A stretch of 64,000 nt of DNA, taken from contig JBAZZU010000002.1 in assembly GCA_041658605.1 (NCBI GenBank), positions 1,477 through 65,476 on the forward strand, written 5' to 3'. The stretch comes from Thermoleophilia bacterium. GTDB lineage: Bacteria; Actinomycetota; Thermoleophilia; BMS3ABIN01. A program made the position numbers and the translations under genes. Numbering within the stretch: position 1 is the stretch's first letter; every line of letters begins with the position of its first letter. The notes beneath the pieces are model-generated. The model saw only the letters and a program-made list of their open reading frames with translations, searched no databases and was not told the DNA's origin. This document shows, one piece after another, positions 38,689-48,791 of the stretch.

Positions 38689-40470
38689 ATGTCATCGCTT
38701 CGAAATAAAATCCGTTTCAGCATCGCCAACAAACTGAGCCTGGTCTTCTTCTCGGTTTTCATTCTGGCCGTGGGCCTGATCTTCGTGGTAGTTGTGCCTC
38801 AGCTGGAAAACCGGCTCAACGAGCAGAAGAAAGCCGAGCTGGAGCGGTACGCGCAGCTCTACTCCGAGAGCTACCTGGCCGCCTACAACCAGGGCGCTTC
38901 CCCGGTATATCTCGATCTGCTCGCTCAGCAGTACGCCGAACGCGCGGATGCGCGGATCCTGCTGATCGACAGCTCCGGCAACCTGCTTGCCGATTCGCTG
39001 AAAGGCCAGGCCTACGATGCGGCGGACTATGAGGTGTCGAGCCGCGCCATCCAGTCCCGCAATGCCGCGACGGATGTCGTCAGGATCGGCGAAAAAAACT
39101 ACGCCATGGCGGCGGTGCCGCTGTTTGCCATGGCGACGACGCAGTCCGGTGTCAACAACCAGGTGTCGCGGGTGGTCGTGGTCTCCTCATCGACCTCCGA
39201 CGTGGAGTCGGCCGTCAAGCTTGTCTGGCTGCTGATGGGAATCGCCGCTTCGGCCTCACTGGTCCTGGCCCTGGTGGCCATCTACACGGTATCGCATATC
39301 CTCGCCCGGCGCATCCAGAGAATCGAGAGGGGCGCCAAACGCATCTCCGAGAACGACTTTGCGACGGACCTGCCGGTCACCTCCCAGGATGAGCTGGGCC
39401 AGCTGGCGAACACTTTTAACGAAATGGGCGAACGGCTGGGTTCGGCCTTCCAGCAGATTGATATTGAAAAGCGCCGCGCCAAGCTGCTGCTCGATGATCT
39501 GAGCGAGGGCGTCGTCGGTGTCGACATCGAGGGCAATATCATCGTCGCTAATCCGGCCGCCGAACAGCTCCTGGGACACTCGATCAATACGCCATGCCCC
39601 CTTACAAACTGTGTACCGGAGGAGATCTTCGACCTCTGGAACTCGATGAACCTTGAGCATCCCAACCGCGAGGATACGTTCATGCTCGAGGATGAGCAGG
39701 CGCTCTCCGTCCACAGTTCCTACCTGTCAGATCAGGCGGAGCTTTCCTCGCTCATCGTGCTGCGCGACGTGAGCCAGGAAGTCAAGATGGAGCGCTCGCG
39801 CCGCGATTTTATCGCCAACGCATCCCATGAGCTGAAGACACCGCTTTTTTCCCTGTCGGGATTTCTTGAGATCCTTCAGGACGAGGACGTGGATGAAAGC
39901 ACCAAGAAGGAGTTCGTAGCCACCATGCGTGAGCAGGTGGACCGCCTGGCCGAGCTGGCGCGGAACCTGCTTAACCTTTCGCAGATGGATTCCGGCGCCG
40001 TCAGCCTGCAGACCACTAGCGTCGAACTCAAGGGCGTCATTGATTCGGTGGCCCGTGAGTTTGCGGCTCAATCGGTCAGCCAGGATTCGAGGATCGTCAC
40101 CGACGCCCTGCCTGTCGATCTGGTCGCGCGTTGCGATCAGGAGCGCACAGCCCAGCTGGTTCGCATCCTGCTCGACAACGCCCTGAAATATTCACCGGCC
40201 GGCGCGACCGTCGAAGTCGCCGGCAGCAGCAACGGCGGATGGGCAAGCTTCTCCGTATCCGACAGCGGGCCGGGCATCCCCAGGGATGAGCTGACGCGCG
40301 TCTTCGAACGCTTTTACCGGGGCAAGAGCGCCGGCCGTGTGCGTGGCACCGGCCTCGGGCTTTCGATTGCCAGGGAGCTGGTCAGGCTGATGAACGGCGC
40401 CATCGAAGTTGATTCATCTGGCAAGGGCACGGTTTTCACCGTCACCCTGCCGGGCGGACAGTCCGGCTGA
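38689..40470 (+). CDS. Sensor histidine kinase with HAMP and PAS domains.
   Basis: Two TM segments, HAMP, PAS, the H-box ASHELKTPL and the HATPase motif GTGLGLSIA. Confidence 0.85.
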   Translation: MSSLRNKIRFSIANKLSLVFFSVFILAVGLIFVVVVPQLENRLNEQKKAELERYAQLYSESYLAAYNQGASPVYLDLLAQQYAERADARILLIDSSGNLLADSLKGQAYDAADYEVSSRAIQSRNAATDVVRIGEKNYAMAAVPLFAMATTQSGVNNQVSRVVVVSSSTSDVESAVKLVWLLMGIAASASLVLALVAIYTVSHILARRIQRIERGAKRISENDFATDLPVTSQDELGQLANTFNEMGERLGSAFQQIDIEKRRAKLLLDDLSEGVVGVDIEGNIIVANPAAEQLLGHSINTPCPLTNCVPEEIFDLWNSMNLEHPNREDTFMLEDEQALSVHSSYLSDQAELSSLIVLRDVSQEVKMERSRRDFIANASHELKTPLFSLSGFLEILQDEDVDESTKKEFVATMREQVDRLAELARNLLNLSQMDSGAVSLQTTSVELKGVIDSVAREFAAQSVSQDSRIVTDALPVDLVARCDQERTAQLVRILLDNALKYSPAGATVEVAGSSNGGWASFSVSDSGPGIPRDELTRVFERFYRGKSAGRVRGTGLGLSIARELVRLMNGAIEVDSSGKGTVFTVTLPGGQSG

Positions 40471-40688
40471 CAGGCAGAAGGTAAATCGCCGCCGTTTTCC
40501 CGGCGGGCCGGTTAATATAAGTTAACCTGGCTTAACGCGTTCTTTGTTGGCATTTTCCCTTAAGCGGGTATAATTACATCAGGTTTGAGTTTGTAAAGGC
40601 TCGGCCTGGGTCAGCGGGAAACCGCTAAAGATTTAAGTCGGGTGGTCTGGTCGCCGCCCGATTTTTGTTCGAATGAGAGGAATCCACA

Positions 40689-41846
40689 GTGAAGAGATTT
40701 CTGGAAAGCCTGATGAGTCTGGCGGCAGGTCTTGCCGGGGCGGTTTTATTCTTTATGGTGGCGCTCAGCCTTCACTGGGGTGGTCTGGGGCAGCAGACCG
40801 GTACTGATACGATTCCTGCCGCAACTCCCGAAGTAAGCTCGATTCCTGTATCGACCGGGAATTTCGCTGGTCCCGAACAGGTCTACGCCAAGTATGCGGA
40901 CTCTGTCGTCCAGATCGTCTCCACTTTCGAAGGACAGGGTTCAGGTTTTTATCATTCTTCCAGCCAGAGCGAGCAGGGTATCGGCTCGGGCTTCGTGGCT
41001 TCTCCCGACGGATATATACTCACGAACGCCCATGTTGTTACCAGTGACACCACGCAGCAGGCGGTCAAGGCATCCGATATCGAAGTCAAATTCAAGAACG
41101 GAAAGACGACCAAGGCCAGCATCGTCGGCTATGACCTGACCAGCAGTGACGTTGCTGTCATCAAGATCGATCCCCAGGGTCTGGACCTGACACCGGTAAT
41201 TCTGGGAGATTCAGACGCGGTCAAGGTTGGCGAGTCGGTCTTTGCCATAGGCAGCCCGTTCGGGGTTTACGAAAGCACGATGACGGCCGGTATCGTCAGC
41301 GCCACCAGGCGCACGGTTGAGTCACCCGAGGCCGGTTTCACCATCCAGGACGCTATACAGACCGACGCCGCCATCAATCGCGGCAACAGCGGCGGCCCCC
41401 TTTTCAACTCCAGGTCCGAAGTCATAGGGCTCAATGAACAGATAGCGTCGACGAGCGGCGGCTCGGAGGGTGTCGGCTTCGCGGTCCCTATCAATACCGC
41501 CAAGAAGGTAATGGAACAGATCATCTCCAACGGTTCGGTTGAATACGCATGGATGGGCGTAGTAGGACAAAGCGTCGACCAGGCTGCTGCAACACGACTG
41601 AGCCTTACTGTTAATAAGGGCGCCCTCATCTCCGAGGTTCAGGCGGGAGGCCCGTCTGAAAAGGCGGGGCTCAAGTCCAGCGACGTCATCGTGAAGATTG
41701 ATGACCAGGATGTGGCTTCCATGGAGAACGTGACCAGCATACTGGTGACGCACCGCCCCGGAGACAAGGTGAAGGTCACCTACGTACGGGGGAGCGAAAC
41801 CGGTGAAGTGGAAGTCGAGCTTGGCAAGAGGCCCGAGCGGCTTTAG
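40689..41846 (+). CDS. HtrA/DegP-family serine protease with a PDZ domain.
   Basis: The catalytic triad context (TNAHVV, the Ser in GNSGGPL) plus a PDZ domain. GTG start. The TCS-plus-htrA arrangement resembles MprAB-PepD. Confidence 0.9.
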   Translation: MKRFLESLMSLAAGLAGAVLFFMVALSLHWGGLGQQTGTDTIPAATPEVSSIPVSTGNFAGPEQVYAKYADSVVQIVSTFEGQGSGFYHSSSQSEQGIGSGFVASPDGYILTNAHVVTSDTTQQAVKASDIEVKFKNGKTTKASIVGYDLTSSDVAVIKIDPQGLDLTPVILGDSDAVKVGESVFAIGSPFGVYESTMTAGIVSATRRTVESPEAGFTIQDAIQTDAAINRGNSGGPLFNSRSEVIGLNEQIASTSGGSEGVGFAVPINTAKKVMEQIISNGSVEYAWMGVVGQSVDQAAATRLSLTVNKGALISEVQAGGPSEKAGLKSSDVIVKIDDQDVASMENVTSILVTHRPGDKVKVTYVRGSETGEVEVELGKRPERL

Positions 41847-41946
41847 TGGCGCGTAACATCGGGATCATCATCCATGATTCCGCATAGAGGATGGTTTTAC
41901 CGGCAATCATGTTAATGCTCCAGCAGGTTGCTGTTTTAGAGTAAAG

Positions 41947-41985
41947 GACCGGCCCGGCGCCGGTCCTTTTTTGATTCTTTTTGTA
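41947..41985 (+). terminator. Rho-independent terminator after htrA.
   Basis: GGACCGG-CCCGGCG-CCGGTCC followed by T6. Confidence 0.55.
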
Positions 41986-42010
41986 TTCACCGTGGTACTA
42001 TTACTCCGTT

Positions 42011-43192
42011 ATGTCAGAGGCGTGCGCCCTCATATACAGCGAAAGCTACCAGGATTACAGCTTCAGCCCGTGGCATCCCATGAAGCCTGAGCGGCTGATG
42101 CTGAGCGCGGAGCTGATGCGGTCTTATGGCCTGTTTGAGCTCGGCAATATCAGGGTTGTCGAGCCCCGTCTTGCCAGTGACGACGAGCTCGCACTGGTTC
42201 ATGATCCTGCCTACATAGAAAAAGTCAGGGAGCTCAGCGAACCCGGGGTAAGTGAGATCGGCGCCGGCAAGTGGGGTCTTGGAACTGGCGACAACCCGGT
42301 TTTTCCCAGAATGCACGATGCCGCCGGCACCATCGCCGGTGGCGCTCTCGTTGCGGCGGACATGATCATGGAAGGCGAACTGGATCATGCCTTTCACATC
42401 GGCGGCGGCCTGCATCATGCGCAGCGGGCGAGAGCTTCGGGTTTCTGTGTGTACAACGATGTCGCTCTGGCCGCGGCCTTGCTGAGGGAAAAATACCAGG
42501 CTCGTGTCCTCTATCTGGATTTTGACGCTCATCACGGCGATGGCGTACAGGGATTCTTCTTTGGCGATCCTGGCGTCATGACTGTTTCCTTTCACGAATC
42601 CGGTCATTACCTGTTCCCGGGTACCGGTTTCCCCGATGAGGCCGGCGATGGGGCCGGCCTCGGCTACGCGATCAATCTGCCGCTTGCCCCCCACACCACA
42701 GATGATATTTTCCTCAAGGCTTACGACGAGCTGGTGCCGGCGCTTGCGCGATCTTTCAAACCGGATGTCATCATCACCCAGAACGGCTGTGACGCCCACT
42801 TCAGCGATCCGCTGACACACATGTCGCTGACGCTATCAGGCTTTCGGGCGCTCGCGGCCAGGCTGCACCGGCTGGTCCATGATGTTGCCGGCGGCCGCTG
42901 GCTGGCCTCAGGCGGCGGCGGTTATCAGGCATATACAGTGGTCCCCCGAGCCTGGACTTCGCTCATGGCCGAGATGGGCGGTGTGCCTCTGCCCGAAGAG
43001 TTGCCCGCAGAGTGGCGCACGCTCTGCGCCCGGTTCGCCGACAATGAGGTGCCGCTTTACCTGACGCGTGAGCACCCGCCCGAAATCGAGCCGGCTTCCC
43101 TTGAGGCCGCGGCGGAGATTGCCATCAAAGGTACGGTGGAGATCAAAAGAACCATTTTCCCGCTCGTAGGCACGAAGGCTCCGGGTGAATAA
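42011..43192 (+). CDS. Histone deacetylase superfamily / acetoin utilization AcuC-like protein.
   Basis: HDAC motifs (DxH...D, GGGGY-like). The likely start is MSEACAL. Confidence 0.75.
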   Translation: MSEACALIYSESYQDYSFSPWHPMKPERLMLSAELMRSYGLFELGNIRVVEPRLASDDELALVHDPAYIEKVRELSEPGVSEIGAGKWGLGTGDNPVFPRMHDAAGTIAGGALVAADMIMEGELDHAFHIGGGLHHAQRARASGFCVYNDVALAAALLREKYQARVLYLDFDAHHGDGVQGFFFGDPGVMTVSFHESGHYLFPGTGFPDEAGDGAGLGYAINLPLAPHTTDDIFLKAYDELVPALARSFKPDVIITQNGCDAHFSDPLTHMSLTLSGFRALAARLHRLVHDVAGGRWLASGGGGYQAYTVVPRAWTSLMAEMGGVPLPEELPAEWRTLCARFADNEVPLYLTREHPPEIEPASLEAAAEIAIKGTVEIKRTIFPLVGTKAPGE

Positions 43193-43247
43193 AAGCAAGC
43201 GGGGCAACCGGGAACCAGGTACCGCCTTTTTGCTATACTAACCGCCT

Positions 43248-44216
43248 ATGGCCAACGGTAAAACAGACATGCTGGAGCTCGCCGTCGATCTCACAAAAGG
43301 GATCCGCGAACTGGTTCTGCCCCAGATCGGCAGCGCGGCAGCGCGAACTCATGCCGGCACCGCCGTGGGCGGCGATGTCACTTTCGGCATCGATGAGGTG
43401 GCGGAGGACTTTCTTGTCGGCTACTTAAAGGAAAGCGGCGCCAATGTCGCCATGTATTCCGAGGACCGCGGCCTGCTTAATTTCGGCGAGCCTGAATACG
43501 TTCTGATAGTAGATCCCGTCGACGGCACCAGGCCGGCTGCGGCGGGGCTGGAGGGCGCCATGGTCTCGGTGGCCGTAGCCGAATACAGCGATCAGCCAAC
43601 CATGGGCGATGTCATTTTTGGCTGTCTTATGGAAATAAAGAGCGGCACGCTGTTTACCGCCCGGCGGGGCGGGGGCGTGACGATCATGACGGCTGACGGC
43701 GAACCCGTGCCCGTGATTCTCTCGCAGAATACCGATCTCTCGAAACTCTTCTGGACGATAGGTTTCAGGGGGCGTCCGGCGCGCGTGCTCATCGAGGCCA
43801 TGGGCGACCTGGTTGATATCTCTTCTGTGGATGGAGCGGTCTTCGACCTCGGCAGCGCGACCTACTCGATCACCCGTATCCTCACCGGCCAGCTGGACGC
43901 CTATATCGATATCGGCCCCCGCATGATCGACGAGGTTCCCGAAATCAAGAGCCTTTTCGAGGAAGTGGGCAAGGGCGCCGTCCTGAACAACTCACCCCAC
44001 GATCTTGCGGCCGCCGGCCTCATATGTTCGGAAGCCGGCGCCATTTTCGGCGACGGCTGGGGCAAGTCCCTGGAGAAGAGGCTGCTGCTTGGATCTGACC
44101 ATTCTTTTCAGATGTCGTGCGTGGCGGCTGCGAACCCCGGGATGCACGCAGGCATCATCGAGGCCATGGACGCGGGTATAAAACAGCTGAAGTCCAAGTT
44201 TGGAAAAGGAAGCTAA
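43248..44216 (+). CDS. Inositol monophosphatase / FBPase family protein.
   Basis: DPVDGT motif in the IMPase fold. Confidence 0.7.
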   Translation: MANGKTDMLELAVDLTKGIRELVLPQIGSAAARTHAGTAVGGDVTFGIDEVAEDFLVGYLKESGANVAMYSEDRGLLNFGEPEYVLIVDPVDGTRPAAAGLEGAMVSVAVAEYSDQPTMGDVIFGCLMEIKSGTLFTARRGGGVTIMTADGEPVPVILSQNTDLSKLFWTIGFRGRPARVLIEAMGDLVDISSVDGAVFDLGSATYSITRILTGQLDAYIDIGPRMIDEVPEIKSLFEEVGKGAVLNNSPHDLAAAGLICSEAGAIFGDGWGKSLEKRLLLGSDHSFQMSCVAAANPGMHAGIIEAMDAGIKQLKSKFGKGS

Positions 44217-44240
44217 CGGGCAGCAACAGCCATACCCTCC

Positions 44241-45317
44241 TTGGTACGGCGAGGTATTTCTCTGGGCATGACAGACACTTTGCATGAAGGACTTCTCTAT
44301 GAATCACGCCCCGGCGGGAAAGTCCGCTGCCGGGTCTGTCCGCGGTTGTGCGTCATCGCGGAGGGCAAGCTCGGCATCTGCCGGACGAGGAAAAACGTCG
44401 GCGGCAAGTGCTACACACTGACGTACGGCAAGACGATTTCCGTCGCCGCCGACCCGATCGAGAAGAAGCCCCTGTTCCATTTCCATCCGGGGACCAGTGT
44501 GCTTTCGCTGGGAGGCCTGGGCTGTAACATGAGGTGCATCCACTGCCAGAACTGGCAGATCGCTCACGCGGACGCGCAGGAGGAAGGCGACCAGATGCGG
44601 GTCCTGCCGGCACAGAAGCTGCCGCAGATAGCGAAGCAAAATGATTGCGCCGGCGTCGCCTGGACATACAACGAGCCTACAATCTGGCTGGAGTACGCGC
44701 TCGAGGGCGCCCTCGCCTGCCATGAGAATGGTTTATATACTGCCTTTATCACAAACGGTTATATTACCAGCGAGGCCCTCGACATCATCGGGCCCCATCT
44801 GGACGCATACCGGGTTGATATCAAGGGCTGGCGTCCGGAGACATACAAGTTTCTAGCAAAGGTCAACGATGTAACACCTATCTTTGAGGCGGCGGTCAGA
44901 GCAAAGAAAGACCACGGCTGCCATGTGGAGATAGTGACCAATATAATACCTACGGTGAATGACGACGAGGAGACGCTGCGTTCAATAGCGGCCTGGGTGG
45001 CGCGGGAGCTTGGCGATAAAACCCCCTGGCATGTGACCAGGTTCTTTCCCTATATGGAGCTGTCGCATCTGCCGCCCACTCCGATTGAGACGCTGGAGAG
45101 GGCCATGGCCATAGGTCACGCGGAGGGACTGAAGTTCGTCTATATAGGAAATGTTCCAGGACACGAGGGTGAAAACACTGTTTGCCCGCAATGCAGGCGG
45201 GTGGTAATCCGCCGCGACGGCTACCTCATCCGGGATATGAAGGTCGAGGCAGGTTACTGTACCTTTTGCGGCGAAGATTTAAAGATCGTGCAATCCGTTG
45301 GATCCGGTGGGAGTTAG
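44241..45317 (+). CDS. Radical SAM enzyme, AmmeMemoRadiSam-system type (PFL-activase-like).
   Basis: N-terminal Cys cluster CRVCPRLC...GIC plus GCNMRCIHCQNW. Confidence 0.55.
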   Translation: MVRRGISLGMTDTLHEGLLYESRPGGKVRCRVCPRLCVIAEGKLGICRTRKNVGGKCYTLTYGKTISVAADPIEKKPLFHFHPGTSVLSLGGLGCNMRCIHCQNWQIAHADAQEEGDQMRVLPAQKLPQIAKQNDCAGVAWTYNEPTIWLEYALEGALACHENGLYTAFITNGYITSEALDIIGPHLDAYRVDIKGWRPETYKFLAKVNDVTPIFEAAVRAKKDHGCHVEIVTNIIPTVNDDEETLRSIAAWVARELGDKTPWHVTRFFPYMELSHLPPTPIETLERAMAIGHAEGLKFVYIGNVPGHEGENTVCPQCRRVVIRRDGYLIRDMKVEAGYCTFCGEDLKIVQSVGSGGS

Positions 45318-45485
45318 GTTGGCCCGGGTAGTCGCTACCGGTCTGCTTAACAATTACCAGAGCCCGGCCGATAGATTGCCGGCGGTTTCGATCCTGGGGT
45401 TTAGCTGGACGCGCGGGGCAATGCTGCAATATGCCCCAAATGCCATCCGGCTTGCCCCGTTTCCATTGGGAGGAGGTTCGCTCAT

Positions 45486-46718
45486 TTGCTACAGGAAGTC
45501 CATGTAGGTCACAAATCACTGGCGGATTACCAGAGCGTGGTAGTGCGTCCGCTTATCGAGGAGATACGCGAGCTGGCTGAAGGCCTGAAGGGCGCCCGCG
45601 TGCTGCATATCAACGCCACCTCTTTCGGAGGCGGTGTTGCCGAGATCCTTTACACCCTCGTTCCGCTGATGCGGGATGTCGGTCTCGACGCCGACTGGCG
45701 TGTCATCATGGCGGCCCAGGAATTCTACGAGGGCACCAAGATCACCCATAACGCCCTGCAGGGAAACCCGCTGGGGCTGAGTCAGTCACAAAAGGAGATT
45801 TACGAGGAGAACAACCGTATCGCCAGCGAATCGCTCGGTCACGGTTTCGACTTCATCGTCGTCCATGATCCCCAGCCTCTGTTGCTCAGGCATTTTTCAG
45901 GCGACCTGGGGGCCAAATGGATCTGGCGCTGCCACATCGACACGTCTACGCCAAACCAGGATGTGGGCGATTATCTCCTACCTTATGTACAGATGTACGA
46001 TACGGCCCTGTTCACAATGGAAGATTATATTTTCAAAGGGCTGAAGATCCCCATCAAGGTGATCGCGCCTGCCATCGACCCTCTTTCAACAAAAAACATG
46101 GCGCTCTCGCCCGAAGACGCCGATTACGTCGTCAGCCAGTTCGGGGTGGAAAGCGACCGCCCACTGCTGCTTCAGATCTCACGGTTCGATCCCTGGAAAG
46201 ACCCGCTCGGAGTCATCGATGCCTACCGCATTGTGAAAAAAGAATTCGCCGCGGTGCGTCTGGCGCTGGTCGGCTCCATGGCCACGGACGATCCCGAGGG
46301 CTGGACGTTCTTCACCCAGACGGTCGAGCATGCCGGTGACGACAGCGACATCCTCATCCTTTCCAACCTGAACAATGTCGGCAACCTGGAAGTGAACGCG
46401 TTCCAGTCGAGGGCGGACGTCGTGATCCAGAAATCGATACGCGAGGGATTCGGACTTACGATCAGTGAAGGTCTGTGGAAAGCCAAACCAACAATCGGCG
46501 GCAACGTCGGCGGCATCCCTACCCAGATCGATGACGGCGAATCGGGCTTCCTGGTCGACTCGGTCGAACAGTGCGCCCAGCGCTGCATGTACATGCTCGA
46601 TAACCCTGACAAGGCCAAGGCGATGGGCCGGGCCGGCAAGGAGCACGTGCGGGCCAACTTCCTGACCCCCCGTCTGCTCAGGGATTATCTGAAGCTGTTC
46701 ACAGAACTCAAGGGATAG
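45486..46718 (+). CDS. Family 4 glycosyltransferase, trehalose synthase (TreT)-like.
   Basis: INATSFGGGVAEIL and a C-terminal GT-B EX7E-like region. Confidence 0.6.
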   Translation: MLQEVHVGHKSLADYQSVVVRPLIEEIRELAEGLKGARVLHINATSFGGGVAEILYTLVPLMRDVGLDADWRVIMAAQEFYEGTKITHNALQGNPLGLSQSQKEIYEENNRIASESLGHGFDFIVVHDPQPLLLRHFSGDLGAKWIWRCHIDTSTPNQDVGDYLLPYVQMYDTALFTMEDYIFKGLKIPIKVIAPAIDPLSTKNMALSPEDADYVVSQFGVESDRPLLLQISRFDPWKDPLGVIDAYRIVKKEFAAVRLALVGSMATDDPEGWTFFTQTVEHAGDDSDILILSNLNNVGNLEVNAFQSRADVVIQKSIREGFGLTISEGLWKAKPTIGGNVGGIPTQIDDGESGFLVDSVEQCAQRCMYMLDNPDKAKAMGRAGKEHVRANFLTPRLLRDYLKLFTELKG

Positions 46719-46726
46719 ACGACTTC

Positions 46727-48238
46727 GTGGAGCAGAATATATTCGACAACGAACTCATCCTGGTTTCGAACCGGGGGCCGATGTCTTACACCCGCGATCG
46801 GCATGGCGAGCTCACCACCGTGCGCGGCGGCGGCGGTCTGGTGACCGCCCTGCTGGGAGTTGCGGCCTCATGTGACATCACCTGGATTGCCAGCGCCATG
46901 ACCCAGGAGGATGCCGAGGTCAGCCTGCGCATGGGCGGCCAGGCGGCGAAGGTAAGCCACGGCGAACACAAGCTTGGCCTGCGCTTCGTGATATCGGAAC
47001 CCGCAGCCTACGACATGTTCTACAACGTCATCGCCAATCCGATGATCTGGTTCATCCAGCACTATCTCTGGGACCTTTCCGTAGCGCCCGATATCCGCAG
47101 CAACGAGACCGAGGCGTGGGAAAAGGGTTATCTGGTTGTCAACCAGCAGTTCGCGGACGCGGTCTGTGACGAACTCGCCCAGCGCGAAGGGACCAGACCG
47201 GTGGTCATGCTGCACGATTACCATCTTTATACCTGTCCCAGCCAGGTGAGAAAAAGATATCCGGACGCATTTTTGCACCAGTTTATCCATATCCCCTGGC
47301 CGCAGTCGGATTCGTGGAGGGTGCTGCCGCGGCCCATCCGCCAGGCGATTGTGCGGGGGTTGCTCGCCAATGACATCGTCGCCTTCCATACGAGAAAATA
47401 CGTGCGCAATTTCCTGGTCTGCTGCGAAGAACTGGTCGGGTGCCCGGTTGATTACGAGCGTTCGACAGTGAGCTTCGAGGGCCGGGAGGTGTGGGTGCGC
47501 GCCTATCCCATTTCCATCGATTGCGCCGACTTCGAGCGTCTGGCGGAAAGCGGGCCGGTTTGCCTTGAAGAGGAAAAGATCGAGGAGATGCGCCGTGAAT
47601 ACCTGATCATGCGCGTCGACCGCATGGACCTTTCGAAAAACATCGTCCGCGGTTTCAAGGCTTTCGACATATTCCTCGACGAGCACCCGGAGTTCAAACA
47701 ACGGATAACCTTTCTGGCGCTGCTGCAGCCCTCACGAGAGGACGTAAAGGAATATGTGAGCTACCGCGAGCAGATCATGCGTGTCGTCGAGGTCATCAAC
47801 ACCAAACACGGTACGGCCAACTGGATGCCGGTCGATCTGCGCATGCAGGACAATTTCAATCGTTCGGTGGCGGCGTACAAACAGTTCGACGTGTTACTGG
47901 TGAACGCTATCTATGATGGCATGAACCTGATCGCCAAGGAGGCGGGTCTCATCAACCGCCGCGACGGTGTCATCATCCTCTCGGAGAACACGGGCGCTCA
48001 TGAGGAGCTGGGCGAGTACTGCCTTACGGTGAGCCCCTTTGATCTTGTCAGCCAGGCACAGGCCATCTACGAAGCGCTCACGATGGAAAAGGATGAGAAA
48101 AAGCGCAGGGCGGGTATGATAAAGGATGCCGTCAAAAGTAACGATATCCGCAAATGGATCGAGTCTCAGTTCGTTGATATCAAGGCGAAGATGGGTGAGT
48201 TAAGCCAAACTGCCGGACAGGGAGGGCAAAATGAATGA
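46727..48238 (+). CDS. GT20 family alpha,alpha-trehalose-phosphate synthase-like (OtsA/GgpS-type).
   Basis: LILVSNRGP...GGLVTAL N-terminus and the GT20 core. Confidence 0.75.
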   Translation: MEQNIFDNELILVSNRGPMSYTRDRHGELTTVRGGGGLVTALLGVAASCDITWIASAMTQEDAEVSLRMGGQAAKVSHGEHKLGLRFVISEPAAYDMFYNVIANPMIWFIQHYLWDLSVAPDIRSNETEAWEKGYLVVNQQFADAVCDELAQREGTRPVVMLHDYHLYTCPSQVRKRYPDAFLHQFIHIPWPQSDSWRVLPRPIRQAIVRGLLANDIVAFHTRKYVRNFLVCCEELVGCPVDYERSTVSFEGREVWVRAYPISIDCADFERLAESGPVCLEEEKIEEMRREYLIMRVDRMDLSKNIVRGFKAFDIFLDEHPEFKQRITFLALLQPSREDVKEYVSYREQIMRVVEVINTKHGTANWMPVDLRMQDNFNRSVAAYKQFDVLLVNAIYDGMNLIAKEAGLINRRDGVIILSENTGAHEELGEYCLTVSPFDLVSQAQAIYEALTMEKDEKKRRAGMIKDAVKSNDIRKWIESQFVDIKAKMGELSQTAGQGGQNE

Positions 48239-48614
48239 CAGGTTGCCGATGAGCGACATGCTTGAACGGGTTTTTCTTCTCGGGGTCGGGGCCGCCTCAA
48301 TTACCAGGGAAAAGGTCCAGGAGCTCGTCGACGAGCTCGTCAAAAAAGGACAGCTTACGAAGGAAGAGGGCGAAGCCCTGCTGGACAAGACAGCCGAGCG
48401 CGCCAAAGAGCAGAGCGTCAATATCAAGGAGATGGCCTCCGACGCGTACGAAGACACCCTGAGGACCATGAATATCGCCAGCCGGGAACAGATCGAGCAG
48501 CTGGAGCATCGCATCGCTGTACTGGAATCAAAGGTTTACGGCAAACCGACGCGCGCTGAAGAGCCTCAGACCGGCTTTGTCATCACGCCGACCGAGGATG
48601 AAGAGCCGAGGTAG
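48231..48614 (+). CDS. Phasin-family / PHA-granule-associated-like protein.
   Basis: Coiled-coil, 127 aa, TIGR01837-like pattern. Confidence 0.5.
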   Translation: MNDRLPMSDMLERVFLLGVGAASITREKVQELVDELVKKGQLTKEEGEALLDKTAERAKEQSVNIKEMASDAYEDTLRTMNIASREQIEQLEHRIAVLESKVYGKPTRAEEPQTGFVITPTEDEEPR

Positions 48615-48665
48615 GGTCGTGGCGAACCGCAGGCAGTCATCCTGAGGCAAAGCCGAAGGATCTTG

Positions 48666-48700
48666 AAGGGCGCGCTTTTTTCAGCGCGTCCTTTTAATGT
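48666..48700 (+). terminator. Rho-independent terminator after the phasin gene. It is preceded by a repeat-family copy at 48634-48666.
   Basis: GGGCGCGCT-TTTTTC-AGCGCGTCC followed by T4. Confidence 0.5.
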
Positions 48701-48791
48701 GACCCGGTAATCAATAATGAAATTCTGGGACACCGCTCTGCCAGGTATCCGGTTGGCTCAAGGTGACCCGACGGGTCACGACGGACTAGTC

